This document shows, one piece after another, positions 48,068 through 59,384 of a DNA stretch of 64,000 bases. How positions within the stretch are numbered: the first letter of the stretch is position 1; each line of letters starts with the position of its first letter. Origin of the DNA: Escherichia coli (GTDB lineage: Bacteria; Pseudomonadota; Gammaproteobacteria; Enterobacterales; Enterobacteriaceae); NCBI RefSeq assembly GCF_016903815.1, contig NZ_CP069973.1; one strand, 5' to 3'. A program made the position numbers and the translations under genes. The notes beneath the pieces are model-generated. The model saw only the letters and a program-made list of their open reading frames with translations. It did not search any database and was not told the origin of the DNA.

Positions 48068-49626
48068 TCAGCAGCCTCCTGCTTTTTCTCCCTGGCGGCT
48101 TTAGCATTTTGCTTCTCCGCCGATGTTGTAAAATATTTCTTGCGCGCGGTCATGACGCGTTTCAAATCAACGGGCTCATATGGATTGGTGAAGACACGCT
48201 CGTCAAAATCCTGACGCGCGAATAACCAAATTTCCTTTTGCCATTTGCTGAGTAATTCATCCGCATCCTGACCTTCTTCAATGTGGCGCACTAACCTCAG
48301 GAAGCGATGCTGAGTTTTGTTCCAGAAGTCGATATCCACAAAACTGAAATCACCCCGTGCACCTTTTGGATCGGAGAACCACGCTTCTTTCAATGCACTC
48401 CGTAACAGACTCAGAATCCGTGAAGCCGTTTGCGCAGCCAGCCGCAGCTTCGGTATCTGGCCTTCTTTTTTATCGAGCAGCAGCGGAAAATGGTGTTCGT
48501 ACCAACAGCGCGCTTTCATGTTGTCAAAATCATAACCAAATCCCCACAGGCCCACTTTTGCCTGCTTGAGACTGCTGGCATTAAAGAGTTTCACCACCAG
48601 CGCGGGAAGTTCCGTATTGTTTTCTGATTTACCCGTTTCGATAAGGCCTAACCAGTCGCGCCAGATTAAACCGCCTGGTTGTGGTTTGACCGAGTAAAAC
48701 TCGCCGCCCTCTTTAAGGGGTACACGGTAAGGCGTTAAGGGATGCTGCCACATGGCATAATTCGCGCCGTAATTTTTGGTCGTCATCAGGCTCAGGAGCG
48801 CGTCGTTCTGCTCGCCGCAAATATCGCAGTTGCCGACTGTCGTGGTATTAAAATCAATACGAATACGCCGCGGCATTCCCCAGTACGCCTGGAGTTTATT
48901 AACCTGATCATCGGTTACCACCGCACCGGCCAGTTCGCTGGTACGCGTCGGGCCAAGCCAGGGGAAAACCAGATCGTCAAATTTTTTGGGTAGCGGTAAG
49001 TCGGCTTCGTCCTGCGGCATCACATTGAGCCACAGTTTGCGCCACAAGGGCGTTTGTTGATTGCCCTGATATTCCTGTAATTCAATCAGAGTGGTCATCG
49101 GCCCACCGCCGCGTAAACCGGTGCGGTAGCCTTTACCACCTGACGGCGCATTTAACTGTAGGGAGAACAGAGCTAACGCAGAACAATGTGGGCACAGGTA
49201 TTCCGTTACACCACGCTTGATAAAGTGGTCTTTATTAAACTTCGTTGTTTGAGCGCCGGGAATCTCAGGCAGTAGCGAAGCGACCTGAACTTTATCTCCT
49301 GTGAGCGCCTCGAAATCCTGCATAAATGAAGGGGAATCTGGCCCAAACTGGAAAGCGTGTTCTAAGGACAGCAATGCTTCCCGTAGCTTTTCAGATTCCA
49401 GTCCGTCTTCCCAGATATCATCCCAACGACGATGATCTTTTGGCGCAAAGCTGGTTTGTAGTAGCCCCAGCAAAAACTGCCATGCCGCTCCCTGGAGATC
49501 TGCCCGTGGCGCAGCAATATCGACAACATTTTCATCCGCCAGATCGACAGGCGCCAGTTTGCCTGTCGTTCCGTCTTTATAACGAACGGGCAACCACGGG
49601 GTTGTCAGAAGTGAAAACGAGTTCAT
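48064..49626 (-). CDS. cse1: Cse1 (CasA) Cascade large subunit
   Basis: About 520 aa from MNSFSLLTTPWLPV; start chosen 6 nt after GAGG (ORF track begins 49695). Confidence 0.8.
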   Translation of the reverse strand: MNSFSLLTTPWLPVRYKDGTTGKLAPVDLADENVVDIAAPRADLQGAAWQFLLGLLQTSFAPKDHRRWDDIWEDGLESEKLREALLSLEHAFQFGPDSPSFMQDFEALTGDKVQVASLLPEIPGAQTTKFNKDHFIKRGVTEYLCPHCSALALFSLQLNAPSGGKGYRTGLRGGGPMTTLIELQEYQGNQQTPLWRKLWLNVMPQDEADLPLPKKFDDLVFPWLGPTRTSELAGAVVTDDQVNKLQAYWGMPRRIRIDFNTTTVGNCDICGEQNDALLSLMTTKNYGANYAMWQHPLTPYRVPLKEGGEFYSVKPQPGGLIWRDWLGLIETGKSENNTELPALVVKLFNASSLKQAKVGLWGFGYDFDNMKARCWYEHHFPLLLDKKEGQIPKLRLAAQTASRILSLLRSALKEAWFSDPKGARGDFSFVDIDFWNKTQHRFLRLVRHIEEGQDADELLSKWQKEIWLFARQDFDERVFTNPYEPVDLKRVMTARKKYFTTSAEKQNAKAAREKKQEAAE

Positions 49627-49723
49627 ACGCATCCTCTCGTAAAAAAGACCATCCCAGGTCGGTTGTCCATCATTCCATCCTTTTCGGTGTATCAACTATT
49701 CAGAGAGCCCTGTCGCAGGCATC

Positions 49724-52423
49724 TCAACCAACCTTGCCAGTCAATCCTTCCATAGCCGAATACCCGCAACTTTCGTCATCGGTAACTAAAATCACGTTTG
49801 CCATCTCCGGATCTTTCCGCTGTTCAATGCACCACTGCCTGAACGCTTCCCCTTCCAGTAAAGAAAACTCATCCCGATGTTTTTTCCACCAGCTTCGACG
49901 CACTCTGACAACGCTCATTTCCCATGCGTGAGCACCGTTGGCATAAGGCTTCACCACACTGGCAATACAGGTAGCCAGCCACAGGGAAACAGACTCCTCC
50001 GCCAGACGTGTCGACAGCTTTTCCGGAAGGTAATCGTTGATATTGGCGGCATAGCCAGGCCTGAAGTTCAGCACAAACTTTTTAGCCATTGCGCGATCGC
50101 AGTAATATTTGCCCACTTGCTCCTGCTCGCTGCGGGCAAATCCTTCCGGCATTACCACGTCCTCACCGTAGACTGATTCAATAAGAAGGCGGGCTGCGTG
50201 TGGCATTTGAATAGCGCCTTGCTCACGCAGTACACGCTGCGTCAGCCAGATTCGTCCATGATCGGGATAGACATATGCACTGTTACGCATGGCACTGCCG
50301 AACCATTCGTCACCTGGAGCGTCGTCCCAGACGGGGGCCAGAATCAGCAATTCAGGAGGGGAACGCTCGTCTTTTCCGTCACGCTTTAACTGACCATTAA
50401 TATCGCGGATATGCCGCTGTAATCGCCCCGCTCGCTGGATCAGCAAATCAACAGGGGCCAGGTCGGAAATCATTTCGTCCATATCGCAATCAACGCTCGA
50501 CTCTAAGACCTGAGTACAAATGAGGACTTTTCCGGCACGCTGTGAGCTATCTTCTTTACCGAAGCGTGCCAGCGTTTCCGTTTCAATTCGCTGGCGATCG
50601 CTAAAAGCAAAGCGGCTATGAAACAGAGAAAGGCTGGAAGCAGGAATGACGCCGCGGGCAAGCAACTGACGATAAACCTTAATAGCGTCATCGACAGAAT
50701 TCCGGATCCAGGCGATGCATTTCCCCTGACTTACTGCCGATTCGATACGCGCAATACATTCTTGTTCGCTATGAAGCCAACCCACGCTCACGCTACGCTC
50801 AACGTCTTTGCGCGTCGCTACCCGGTGTGAATGCACATCGGATTTCGTAACGTGCGTCAGCCAGGGGTAATCATCCTTTTCCAGGAACGGAGCTTCTTGC
50901 TGGCCCTCTGTACCACGCGCAAAGGCAGCAACGAGTTTGTCGCACTGCTGTTGAGATAACGTGGCAGAAAGCAAAATGACGCTGTTTCCGCCACGCGCCT
51001 GCCGCTCGATCAGCCCTTCAAGAATGCATGACATGTAAGCGTCACAGGCATGGATCTCATCAGCCAGCAGGATTTTGTTACTCAGTCCCAGAAGCCGCAG
51101 ATTATTATGTTTGAACGGCATCACAGCCATCATCGCCTGATCCAGCGTGCCGACGCCAATTTCAGCCAGTAGCGCCTTCTTGTTACTGTCGGCAAACCAG
51201 GCCGCACATCCCTGACTGAACGTTTGTTCATCCGGTTCTTCTGACCCGACTAAATCACCGGACCAGAGTGATTCATTAAAGCGGTCCATTAATGTTCGGG
51301 CACTGTGTGCCAGCACCAGGCTGGGGCGGGACTCTGGCGAATAGAAAGCAAGCCAGGTTTTGACCAGTCGATCGTACATGGCATTGGCCGTTGCCATTGT
51401 TGGCAGGCCAAAAAACAAACCCTGCGCTTTACCCGCAGCCATCAACCTGTGCGCCAGGATAAGCGCCGCTTCCGTTTTACCTGCGCCAGTCACATCTTCC
51501 AGAATAAATAACTGTGGCCCTGGCTGGCTGATATCCAGATCCAGCACCTTTTGCTGTAACGGTGTCGGATTCTCAATAAAAGGAAACAGCGTATTAATTC
51601 CGGTGAAAGGCGCGACTTTTGCTTTTAGAGGAAAGACGGTTAAGGCGTTTTGAGCCTGAACTAAAGTTTTCTGCCAGTAACCTTTAATATCCATTGGGTG
51701 TGCGACGCGTGGAAAAAATCGCGTTGACGAACCCGTCCAGTCTGCGAGCACGACGGTTGCAGAGATATACCAGGAAAGGTGTTTTATAAGTTCAATGCCC
51801 TCATCATCATCCCAGAATGCGGGGATCTCTATGAGCGGAAACAGTGGTTTGATTTCAAGAAGAAAATCTCGCGCGGCAGCTTTGTCTTCAGGCAGAAAAT
51901 TATCCAGTTCATCAATACGGTCAGGCGGGCGACCATGATGCCCGGTAGTTATGGGCATCCACATCTCCATCACCCGTTTAAGTTTGCGCGGAGAGAGTGA
52001 AGATGAAGGAAGCAATTCTTCGTATTCACTTAAATAATGATGCCACAGCCAGTAGCCCAGCGTTGAATGAGAGATCTTTTCGTAATTCTTTCTTGCGCCT
52101 TCCGGAACCTTGAGTTGTGGGTGCAGGTAAAGTTGCTGAAAAGAGCGGGCAAATTTTCCAGTATCGTGCCAGCACAATAGCCAGGCGAAAAATTGTGCTG
52201 CCTGCTCCGTATCAGCGAAACCTAGTTGACGAAAATAGTCAGTCAGCCCGAAGCAATTGCTTTTAACCATTAAATAGCCCATCGCGGCTACATCCAGCGA
52301 ATGCCAGCAAAGAAGGTGATAGTCGTCGCCCCCGTCTTTCTCGCCGCGTCGGGTTTTTCCCCAGAAATCAAAAAAAGTCACAATATTTTTATCCTTCAGT
52401 AAACTTAAAGGATATTTACGCAT
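49724..52423 (-). CDS. cas3: Cas3 HD nuclease / SF2 helicase
   Basis: 899 aa; N-terminal HD domain, Walker A (DVTGAGKTEAA), DEAH-like box (LADEIHACD). Confidence 0.9.
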   Translation of the reverse strand: MRKYPLSLLKDKNIVTFFDFWGKTRRGEKDGGDDYHLLCWHSLDVAAMGYLMVKSNCFGLTDYFRQLGFADTEQAAQFFAWLLCWHDTGKFARSFQQLYLHPQLKVPEGARKNYEKISHSTLGYWLWHHYLSEYEELLPSSSLSPRKLKRVMEMWMPITTGHHGRPPDRIDELDNFLPEDKAAARDFLLEIKPLFPLIEIPAFWDDDEGIELIKHLSWYISATVVLADWTGSSTRFFPRVAHPMDIKGYWQKTLVQAQNALTVFPLKAKVAPFTGINTLFPFIENPTPLQQKVLDLDISQPGPQLFILEDVTGAGKTEAALILAHRLMAAGKAQGLFFGLPTMATANAMYDRLVKTWLAFYSPESRPSLVLAHSARTLMDRFNESLWSGDLVGSEEPDEQTFSQGCAAWFADSNKKALLAEIGVGTLDQAMMAVMPFKHNNLRLLGLSNKILLADEIHACDAYMSCILEGLIERQARGGNSVILLSATLSQQQCDKLVAAFARGTEGQQEAPFLEKDDYPWLTHVTKSDVHSHRVATRKDVERSVSVGWLHSEQECIARIESAVSQGKCIAWIRNSVDDAIKVYRQLLARGVIPASSLSLFHSRFAFSDRQRIETETLARFGKEDSSQRAGKVLICTQVLESSVDCDMDEMISDLAPVDLLIQRAGRLQRHIRDINGQLKRDGKDERSPPELLILAPVWDDAPGDEWFGSAMRNSAYVYPDHGRIWLTQRVLREQGAIQMPHAARLLIESVYGEDVVMPEGFARSEQEQVGKYYCDRAMAKKFVLNFRPGYAANINDYLPEKLSTRLAEESVSLWLATCIASVVKPYANGAHAWEMSVVRVRRSWWKKHRDEFSLLEGEAFRQWCIEQRKDPEMANVILVTDDESCGYSAMEGLTGKVG

Positions 52424-52560
52424 ATATTAAAAATTATCTGTGATATATATCGTTCAATAAAATATTTACATTATGAATAATCAAATAATTTTCATCCGTA
52501 ATATATATGAATAATAAACATAGGCATAATATTCACATAAACAATATAAATTAAAAAAGG
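52424..52560. promoter_or_regulatory. Strongly AT-rich cas3 upstream region (candidate promoter / H-NS target)
   Basis: About 135 bp of A/T-rich sequence with repeated ATATAT and TAAATA tracts immediately 5' of cas3. Confidence 0.5.
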
Positions 52561-52590
52561 GTGCAGGAGACCAAACCATCACAATTCAAT

Positions 52591-52613
52591 ACGCGGGGTT
52601 TTACCCCCGCGTG
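52591..52613 (-). terminator. Hairpin immediately 3' of hok-like ORF (cgcgggg-loop-ccccgcg)
   Basis: Inverted repeat seen directly; on minus strand followed by TATTGAATTG. Confidence 0.4.
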
Positions 52614-52617
52614 GTGG

Positions 52618-52770
52618 CTACTTCTTCGATTCGTAAGCGAGAACTGCCTTAAACTCCATACCACGTTCTCTGATACTCAACTCACACAACGAGTCGCCTA
52701 CCATCAGCGTGAATCCCAGTACTGTACAACACAGTACGATGATTGCCACAAGGGCATATTTTGTCAGCAT
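52618..52770 (-). CDS. Hok/Gef-family type I toxin (small membrane peptide)
   Basis: Hand-translated 50-aa [53 protein letters not shown]; GGGAGG RBS; Hok signature (TM helix, LCE, AYES); below ORF-track length cutoff. Confidence 0.75.
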   Translation of the reverse strand: MLTKYALVAIIVLCCTVLGFTLMVGDSLCELSIRERGMEFKAVLAYESKK

Positions 52771-52985
52771 GTCTTGCCTCCCTGCAAAGAAGAGACTAAC
52801 ATTCGAATTGCTTAGGTTCGAACGCTGGCCTCAGGTTGATAGAAATATCGCCTGGGGCTTTTGTCCATCTGGAACCTCGCGAATGCTTAACGCCAGACAG
52901 CCTCAAGCACCCAACGCCATTCTATACCTGATAATTCTTCCAGCGGCGTTCACGTTTAAAATCAGGAATGCTGCTCGCAAAATAA

Positions 52986-53017
52986 AAACGCCCCCATCAT
53001 TTCTGACAGAGGCGTTT
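52986..53017 (-). terminator. Candidate cysH terminator hairpin
   Basis: aaacgcc...ggcgttt stem with large loop, followed on minus strand by TTTTATT; weak. Confidence 0.3.
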
Positions 53018-53034
53018 AATTTATCCGGCAATAT

Positions 53035-53769
53035 TTACCCTTCGTGTAACCCACATTCTCTTTTTAAGCCAAAGAAACGCGTTTCTTCTTCCGCCATGCC
53101 GGGTTCCCATTTACGGGTTGTATGGGTATCACCGACCGATAAATATCCTTCATCCCATAATGGGTGATATTTCAGGCCATGTTTTTGCAGGTACTGATAA
53201 ATAGTTCGGTTATCCCAGTCGATAATCGGCAGCACTTTAAATACGCCACGCTGAATTGCCAGCACCGGTAAATTGGTGCGGCTGCCGGATTGTTCACGGC
53301 GCAGGCCAGCAAACCAGGTTTGCGCATTCAGTTCTTTCAGCGCCCGGTTCATCGGTTCGACTTTGTTGATGTCATTGTACTTTTCAATGCCTTCAACACC
53401 CTGCTCCCACAGTTTTCCGTAACGTGCTTCCTGCCAGGCGGCGCTTTCGGTAGCGCGGTACACTTTCAGGTTGAGCTTGAGTTTGTCCGTTAACTCGTCA
53501 ATAAAGCGGTAGGTTTCCGGGAACAAGTAACCCGTATCGGTGAGGATCACTGGAATATCCGGGCGAATCTGATTCACCAGATGCAGGCTCACCGCCGCCT
53601 GAATGCCGAAACTGGAAGAAAGTACATATTCACCGGGCAGATTATCCAGCGCCCAGGCAACGCGGCCTTCAGCGTCCAGTTTTTCCAGTTCGGCGTTAGT
53701 TTCTGCCAGCGCCAGAATGCGATCTACCTTCGGCAGTTCGTTCAGGGCGTTTAGATCGAGTTTGGACAT
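53035..53769 (-). CDS. cysH: Phosphoadenosine phosphosulfate (PAPS) reductase
   Basis: 244 aa from [12 protein letters not shown]; C-terminal ECGLH motif; ORF-track start over-extended through REP. Confidence 0.9.
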   Translation of the reverse strand: MSKLDLNALNELPKVDRILALAETNAELEKLDAEGRVAWALDNLPGEYVLSSSFGIQAAVSLHLVNQIRPDIPVILTDTGYLFPETYRFIDELTDKLKLNLKVYRATESAAWQEARYGKLWEQGVEGIEKYNDINKVEPMNRALKELNAQTWFAGLRREQSGSRTNLPVLAIQRGVFKVLPIIDWDNRTIYQYLQKHGLKYHPLWDEGYLSVGDTHTTRKWEPGMAEEETRFFGLKRECGLHEG

Positions 53770-53842
53770 AGATTCCTCACTGTTTGCCTTGCCTGATGCG
53801 ACGCTCACGCGTCTTATCAGGCCTACAAGACCGGGCTGATGG
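53770..53842. repeat. REP (repetitive extragenic palindrome) between cysI and cysH
   Basis: gcctgatgcgacgctcacgcgtcttatcaggcctac matches the REP consensus. Confidence 0.75.
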
Positions 53843-55555
53843 TTAATCCCACAAATCGCGCGCCGGATCGAGCACCGGGCGAATGATGCCCGCACGCACC
53901 GTAAAGTCGCCGAAGCCTTCACCCGCTTCGCGCTCTTTCGCCCAGCGCCCTATCAGTTCATCAAGCGACGCCAGGATTTCCGGTTCGGTGATGTTTTCTT
54001 TATACATCCGTGGGATACGTGTCCCAATGCGGTTGCCGCCAAGATGCAGGTTGTAGCGACCCGGCGCTTTACCCACCAGGCCCACTTCCGCCAGCATCGC
54101 GCGACCACAACCGTTCGGGCAGCCTGTTACACGCATCACGATATGCTCATCGCTGACACCATGTTTCGCCATTAAATTATCGATGTTGTCGATAAAAGAC
54201 GGCAGGAAACGCTCGGCTTCGGCCATCGCCAGCGGGCAAGTCGGGAATGACACGCAGGCCATTGAGTTTTCACGCTGCGGCGTGACGGCATTCATTAACC
54301 CGCTCTCTTTGGCAATCTTCTCGATCTTCGCTTTCTCGCTTTCCGGCACACCGGCGATGATCAGATTCTGGTTCGCCGTAATGCGGAAATCGCCTTTGTG
54401 GATCTTCGCGATCTCCAGCAGGCCGGTTTTCAGCGGACGCCCAGGATAATCAAGGATGCGACCATTTTCGATAAACAGCGTCAGGTGCCAGTTATCATCA
54501 ATGCCTTTAACCCAGCCAATACGATCGCCGCGTCCGGTGAACTCATATGGACGGATCGGTTCAAATTTGATCCCCGCGCGACGCTCCACTTCCGCTTTAA
54601 ACGTCTCAACCCCCACGCGCTCCAGCGTGTATTTGGTTTTGGCATTTTTACGATCGGTACGGTTACCCCAGTCGCGCTGAGTCGTCACGACGGCTTCTGC
54701 CACCGCCAGCGTATGCTCCAGCGGCAGATAGCCAAACTCACTCGCCGTGCGGGCGTAGGTTTTCTTGTTGCCGTGTTCGATAGAAAGCCCACCGCCCACC
54801 AACAGGTTAAAGCCCACCAGCTTGCCGTTTTCGGCGATTGCCACGAAGTTCATGTCGTTGGCATGCAGATCGATATCGTTCTGCGGCGGGATCACTACCG
54901 TAGTTTTGAATTTACGCGGCAAATAAGTCTGACCGAGGATCGGTTCTTCATCGGTGGTGGCGACTTTTTCCTGATCGAGCCAGATCTCCGCATACGCGCG
55001 GGTACGCGGCAGCAGATGTTCAGAGATTTTCTTCGCCCATTCATACGCTTCCGCGTGTAGCTGCGACTCGTAAGGGTTCGAGGTGCAGAGTACGTTACGG
55101 TTCATGTCGTTAGCAGTCGCCAGCGCATCAAGACCGACCGAGTGCAGCATCTGGTGCACCGGTTTGACGTTCTTTTTCAGAATGCCGTGGAACTGAAACG
55201 TCTGGCGGTTGGTCAGGCGAATGCTGCCATAGATGGTGTTTTCACCGGCAAATTTATCGATCGCCTGCCACTGTTTGGTGGTAATCACGCCACCCGGCAG
55301 ACGGCAGCGCAACAGCATTGCATGACGTGGCTCCAGCTTCTGTTCAGCACGTTCGGCGCGGATGTCGCGGTCATCCTGCTGATACATGCCGTGGAAGCGG
55401 ATCAGCAGGAAGTTATCGCCCTTAAAGCCGCCGGTCAGACCGTCGTTTAAATCTTCCGCAATGGTGCCGCGCAGGTAGTTGCTTTCAAGCTTCATGCGCT
55501 CGGCGTCTGTCAGTTTTCCTTCGACCACTAAAGGCCCTGGATGTTTTTCGCTCAT
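53843..55555 (-). CDS. cysI: Sulfite reductase hemoprotein beta subunit
   Basis: 570 aa; siroheme/4Fe-4S motifs (TGCPNGC). Confidence 0.9.
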   Translation of the reverse strand: MSEKHPGPLVVEGKLTDAERMKLESNYLRGTIAEDLNDGLTGGFKGDNFLLIRFHGMYQQDDRDIRAERAEQKLEPRHAMLLRCRLPGGVITTKQWQAIDKFAGENTIYGSIRLTNRQTFQFHGILKKNVKPVHQMLHSVGLDALATANDMNRNVLCTSNPYESQLHAEAYEWAKKISEHLLPRTRAYAEIWLDQEKVATTDEEPILGQTYLPRKFKTTVVIPPQNDIDLHANDMNFVAIAENGKLVGFNLLVGGGLSIEHGNKKTYARTASEFGYLPLEHTLAVAEAVVTTQRDWGNRTDRKNAKTKYTLERVGVETFKAEVERRAGIKFEPIRPYEFTGRGDRIGWVKGIDDNWHLTLFIENGRILDYPGRPLKTGLLEIAKIHKGDFRITANQNLIIAGVPESEKAKIEKIAKESGLMNAVTPQRENSMACVSFPTCPLAMAEAERFLPSFIDNIDNLMAKHGVSDEHIVMRVTGCPNGCGRAMLAEVGLVGKAPGRYNLHLGGNRIGTRIPRMYKENITEPEILASLDELIGRWAKEREAGEGFGDFTVRAGIIRPVLDPARDLWD

Positions 55556-57354
55556 TAGTAGACATCTCGCTGATAACGGCGCTCTACGCGCAGCTCACTT
55601 AAAAATTCATCCGCCGCTTCGGTGTCCATGCCACCAAATTCGGCAATCACTTCCAGAAGTGCCTGCTCAACGTCTTTCGCCATGCGATTAGCGTCGCCGC
55701 AGACATAAATGTGGGCACCGTCATTGATCCAGCGCCACAGCTCTGCGCCCTGTTCGCGCAGTTTGTCTTGTACGTAAATTTTTTCTTTTTGATCGCGCGA
55801 CCAGGCAAGATCGATACGCGTCAGCACGCCCTCTTTGACGTAGCGCTGCCATTCCACCTGGTAGAGGAAATCTTCCGTAAAGTGCGGGTTGCCAAAGAAC
55901 AGCCAGTTTTTCCCCGGCGCTTCGTCGGCGGCGCGTTGCTGCATAAAGGCGCGGAACGGCGCGATGCCGGTGCCTGGGCCAATCATAATCACCGGCGTTT
56001 CCGGATTGGCTGGCAGGCGGAAGTTATCGTTATGTTCGATAAAGACGCGGACTTCACCCTCTTCTTCCACGCGATCCGCGAGGAAGCTGGAGGCACCACC
56101 GGCACGGGCGCGGCCTTCCACGTCGTAACGCACCACGCCAACGGTGACGTGTACTTCGTTCTCGACTTCCGCCTGCGAGGAGGCGATGGAATACAGGCGC
56201 GGGGTCAGCGGGCGCAGCAGGTTAATCAGCGCTTCGGCATCCAGTTGCGCCGGAGAGAAACGCACCATGTCGACAATCGGCGTCGTCGCGGCGTAATGCT
56301 GTAACTTCGCTTTATCGCCCACCAGCGGCAGCAGCGTTTCGCTGCGGGTAAGCGTGGCATAGTTCTCAACAATGTTGGCGGTGTTGACGGTCAGTTCGAA
56401 GTGCCACTGTAGCGCTTCGTTCAGCGGCAGGGTTTTGCCCTCAACGTTGACAGGTTCATCACCTTTCAGCCACAGCAGTTCGACAAGTTCTTTCACCAGT
56501 GCCGGATCGTTCTGATACCAGACGCCCAGCGCGTCACCCGGCTGGTAACGCAGGCCCGAGTCACCTAAGTCAATTTCGATATGGCGAACGTCTTTTTCAG
56601 AGTTACGCCCGGTAATTTTCTGGTTAACAGAGAGGCTCGCCACCAGCGGCGCGTCTTTGCTGTACGGGCTGGTGTGGATTTCATTTACCGCGCCAGTAGC
56701 GACGGATTGCGAAGGTGCCGCGACAGGCGCACGCGATTTAAGCGCATCAACCACGCGGGCGCGCCACTCGATGGCAGCAGCCTGGTATTCAACGTCGGCA
56801 TCGACACGGTCGAGCAGGCGTTCACCGCCCAGTTCCGCCAGCTTGCTGTCAAAATCTTTCCCGGACTGGCAGAAAAATTCATAAGAGCTATCGCCGAGGC
56901 TAAACACGGCAAATGCGGTGTTTTCCAGCTTCGGCGCTTTTTTGGAGAACAGGAACTTATGCAGCGCGACGGCTTCTTCCGGCGGTTCCCCTTCTCCTTG
57001 CGTTGACGTCACCACGATAAGCAGTTTTTCGCTGGCGATTTGTTTGAATTTATAGTCGCCCGCGTTCACCAGCTTAACGTTCAGTTTTGCCGCCAATAAA
57101 TCATCGCGTAATGCTTCAGCAACCCGGCGCGCATTGCCGGTTTGCGAAGCGGAGATAATAGTTATACCCGGCATTTCTGCGGCGGGCGCTGGCGTCGCTG
57201 CAAGCGCAGCTGGCTGCTGGTTGAGCACGCCCCAGAAATAGCCAGAAACCCAGGCAAGCTGGGTGGGAGTTAAATCGGTCGTGGCCGCCTGAAGGCGTGC
57301 CAGTTGCTCCGGGTTCAACGGAAGCAACGCGGAAGGTGGGACCTGTGTCGTCAT
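55555..57354 (-). CDS. cysJ: Sulfite reductase flavoprotein alpha subunit
   Basis: 599 aa; flavodoxin and FAD/NADPH reductase domains. Confidence 0.9.
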   Translation of the reverse strand: MTTQVPPSALLPLNPEQLARLQAATTDLTPTQLAWVSGYFWGVLNQQPAALAATPAPAAEMPGITIISASQTGNARRVAEALRDDLLAAKLNVKLVNAGDYKFKQIASEKLLIVVTSTQGEGEPPEEAVALHKFLFSKKAPKLENTAFAVFSLGDSSYEFFCQSGKDFDSKLAELGGERLLDRVDADVEYQAAAIEWRARVVDALKSRAPVAAPSQSVATGAVNEIHTSPYSKDAPLVASLSVNQKITGRNSEKDVRHIEIDLGDSGLRYQPGDALGVWYQNDPALVKELVELLWLKGDEPVNVEGKTLPLNEALQWHFELTVNTANIVENYATLTRSETLLPLVGDKAKLQHYAATTPIVDMVRFSPAQLDAEALINLLRPLTPRLYSIASSQAEVENEVHVTVGVVRYDVEGRARAGGASSFLADRVEEEGEVRVFIEHNDNFRLPANPETPVIMIGPGTGIAPFRAFMQQRAADEAPGKNWLFFGNPHFTEDFLYQVEWQRYVKEGVLTRIDLAWSRDQKEKIYVQDKLREQGAELWRWINDGAHIYVCGDANRMAKDVEQALLEVIAEFGGMDTEAADEFLSELRVERRYQRDVY

Positions 57355-57669
57355 GCGTCGTTATGTTCCAGTAAGCAAAGCTGTTTCTGCGCCCTGTCAG
57401 CGCCCATAAAACAGAAGAGAAGATAAGGTTAACGGGGTGAACGGTGTGGATTAAAGACGGGATAGCGATAACTAATAACCAAATCGACTAACCTGTTTTA
57501 GCAATAGTCTTTAACAACAAAATAGATTAACCAACCCAATGAAAAACAAATGAATATTGCCCATCAATAAGATAAATCAGCGATTTTGCGCAACAAAGTC
57601 GTTTTAGATAATGCGAAAAAACAGCCTTTCCGGTACTCTACGGCGGTTTTATCGTCCTGTAGAGAAATT

Positions 57670-58035
57670 ATGATGTCCACCACGTTATTTAAAGATTTCA
57701 CCTTCGAAGCCGCTCACCGCTTACCACACGTCCCGGAAGGGCATAAATGTGGTCGCCTGCACGGGCATTCCTTTATGGTGCGACTGGAAATTACCGGGGA
57801 AGTCGATCCGCATACGGGCTGGATTATCGATTTCGCTGAACTGAAAGCGGCGTTTAAGCCAACCTACGAGCGCCTCGATCACCATTATCTCAATGATATT
57901 CCAGGTCTGGAAAACCCAACCAGCGAAGTTTTAGCAAAATGGATTTGGGATCAGGTTAAACCCGTTGTGCCGCTGTTAAGTGCGGTGATGGTAAAAGAAA
58001 CCTGTACTGCAGGCTGTATCTATCGCGGCGAATGA
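57670..58035 (+). CDS. queD: 6-carboxy-5,6,7,8-tetrahydropterin synthase
   Basis: 121 aa from [21 protein letters not shown]; CGRLHGHSF motif. Confidence 0.9.
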   Translation: MMSTTLFKDFTFEAAHRLPHVPEGHKCGRLHGHSFMVRLEITGEVDPHTGWIIDFAELKAAFKPTYERLDHHYLNDIPGLENPTSEVLAKWIWDQVKPVVPLLSAVMVKETCTAGCIYRGE

Positions 58036-58112
58036 TAAGAGTGTGTCGGCGGTCAATTTCCCTTAAGTAACGCCATGTTAGGGTGTTGTGTTCTGGATAT
58101 CTGGGGCATGAC

Positions 58113-59384
58113 ATGGAAGACAACTGCGACATTATTATTATTGGTGCCGGTATAGCAGGTACCGCTTGTGCTTTACGCTGCGCGCGGGCAGGTTTGTCCG
58201 TTCTGTTACTGGAACGCGCTGAAATCCCCGGCAGCAAAAATCTTTCCGGCGGGCGTTTATACACCCATGCGCTCGCGGAACTCCTCCCGCAATTTCATCT
58301 GACCGCGCCTCTTGAACGACGCATCACTCACGAAAGCCTTTCTCTGCTAACGCCGGATGGCGCAACGACGTTTTCCAGCTTACAGCCCGGCGGTGAATCC
58401 TGGAGTGTATTACGTGCACGGTTCGATCCGTGGCTGGTTGCCGAAGCCGAAAAAGAAGGTGTCGAATGCATCCCCGGTGCGACGGTGGATGCGCTGTATG
58501 AAGAAAACGGCAGGGTGTGTGGTGTCATTTGTGGTGACGATATTCTCCGCGCCCGTTATGTGGTGCTGGCAGAAGGTGCCAACAGCGTCCTGGCTGAACG
58601 TCACGGGTTAGTGACTCGTCCTGCTGGCGAAGCGATGGCGTTGGGGATCAAAGAAGTGCTGTCGCTGGAAACATCCGCTATTGAAGAACGTTTTCATCTG
58701 GAGAATAACGAAGGCGCAGCGTTGCTGTTCAGCGGCGGGATCTGTGATGACTTACCCGGCGGCGCATTTCTTTATACTAATCAACAAACGCTCTCGTTAG
58801 GGATTGTTTGCCCGCTCTCTTCCCTTACGCAAAGTCGTGTTCCGGCAAGCGAGCTGCTGGCTCGCTTTAAAACGCATCCGGCAGTGCGCCCGCTTATCAA
58901 AAACACGGAATCACTGGAGTATGGTGCGCATCTGGTGCCAGAAGGTGGCTTGCACAGTATGCCGGTGCAATACGCCGGTAACGGCTGGCTGCTGCTGGGC
59001 GATGCGTTGCGCAGTTGCGTCAATACCGGAATTTCCGTGCGCGGCATGGATATGGCGCTAACTGGCGCGCAGGCGGCGGCACAAACGCTGATAAGCGCCT
59101 GCCAGCACCGCGAGCCGCAAAATCTGTTTCCGCTTTATCATCACAACGTCGAGCGCAGCCTGCTATGGGATGTTCTACAACGTTATCAGCATGTTCCGGC
59201 GCTTTTGCAACGCCCTGGCTGGTACCGTGCGTGGCCTGCGTTAATGCAGGATATTTCCCGCGATTTATGGGATCAGGGTGATAAACCTGTTCCACCGCTG
59301 CGCCAGTTATTCTGGCGTCATTTACGTCGTCACGGCCTGTGGCATCTGGCGGGCGATGTTATCAGGAGTCTGCGATGTCTGTAG
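58113..59384 (+). CDS. ygcN: FixC-like electron-transfer flavoprotein-quinone oxidoreductase
   Basis: FAD-binding IIIGAGIAG; start trimmed to MEDNCDIII. Confidence 0.8.
   Translation: MEDNCDIIIIGAGIAGTACALRCARAGLSVLLLERAEIPGSKNLSGGRLYTHALAELLPQFHLTAPLERRITHESLSLLTPDGATTFSSLQPGGESWSVLRARFDPWLVAEAEKEGVECIPGATVDALYEENGRVCGVICGDDILRARYVVLAEGANSVLAERHGLVTRPAGEAMALGIKEVLSLETSAIEERFHLENNEGAALLFSGGICDDLPGGAFLYTNQQTLSLGIVCPLSSLTQSRVPASELLARFKTHPAVRPLIKNTESLEYGAHLVPEGGLHSMPVQYAGNGWLLLGDALRSCVNTGISVRGMDMALTGAQAAAQTLISACQHREPQNLFPLYHHNVERSLLWDVLQRYQHVPALLQRPGWYRAWPALMQDISRDLWDQGDKPVPPLRQLFWRHLRRHGLWHLAGDVIRSLRCL

Noticed and set aside
53770-53922. 5' extension of the cysH ORF (295 aa in ORF track)
   Set aside because: The extension reads through a REP element and the cysI stop region; CysH begins at [12 protein letters not shown] (53769).
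55711-57006. 197-aa and 141-aa plus-strand ORFs inside cysJ
   Set aside because: Antisense to cysJ with biased composition; spurious.
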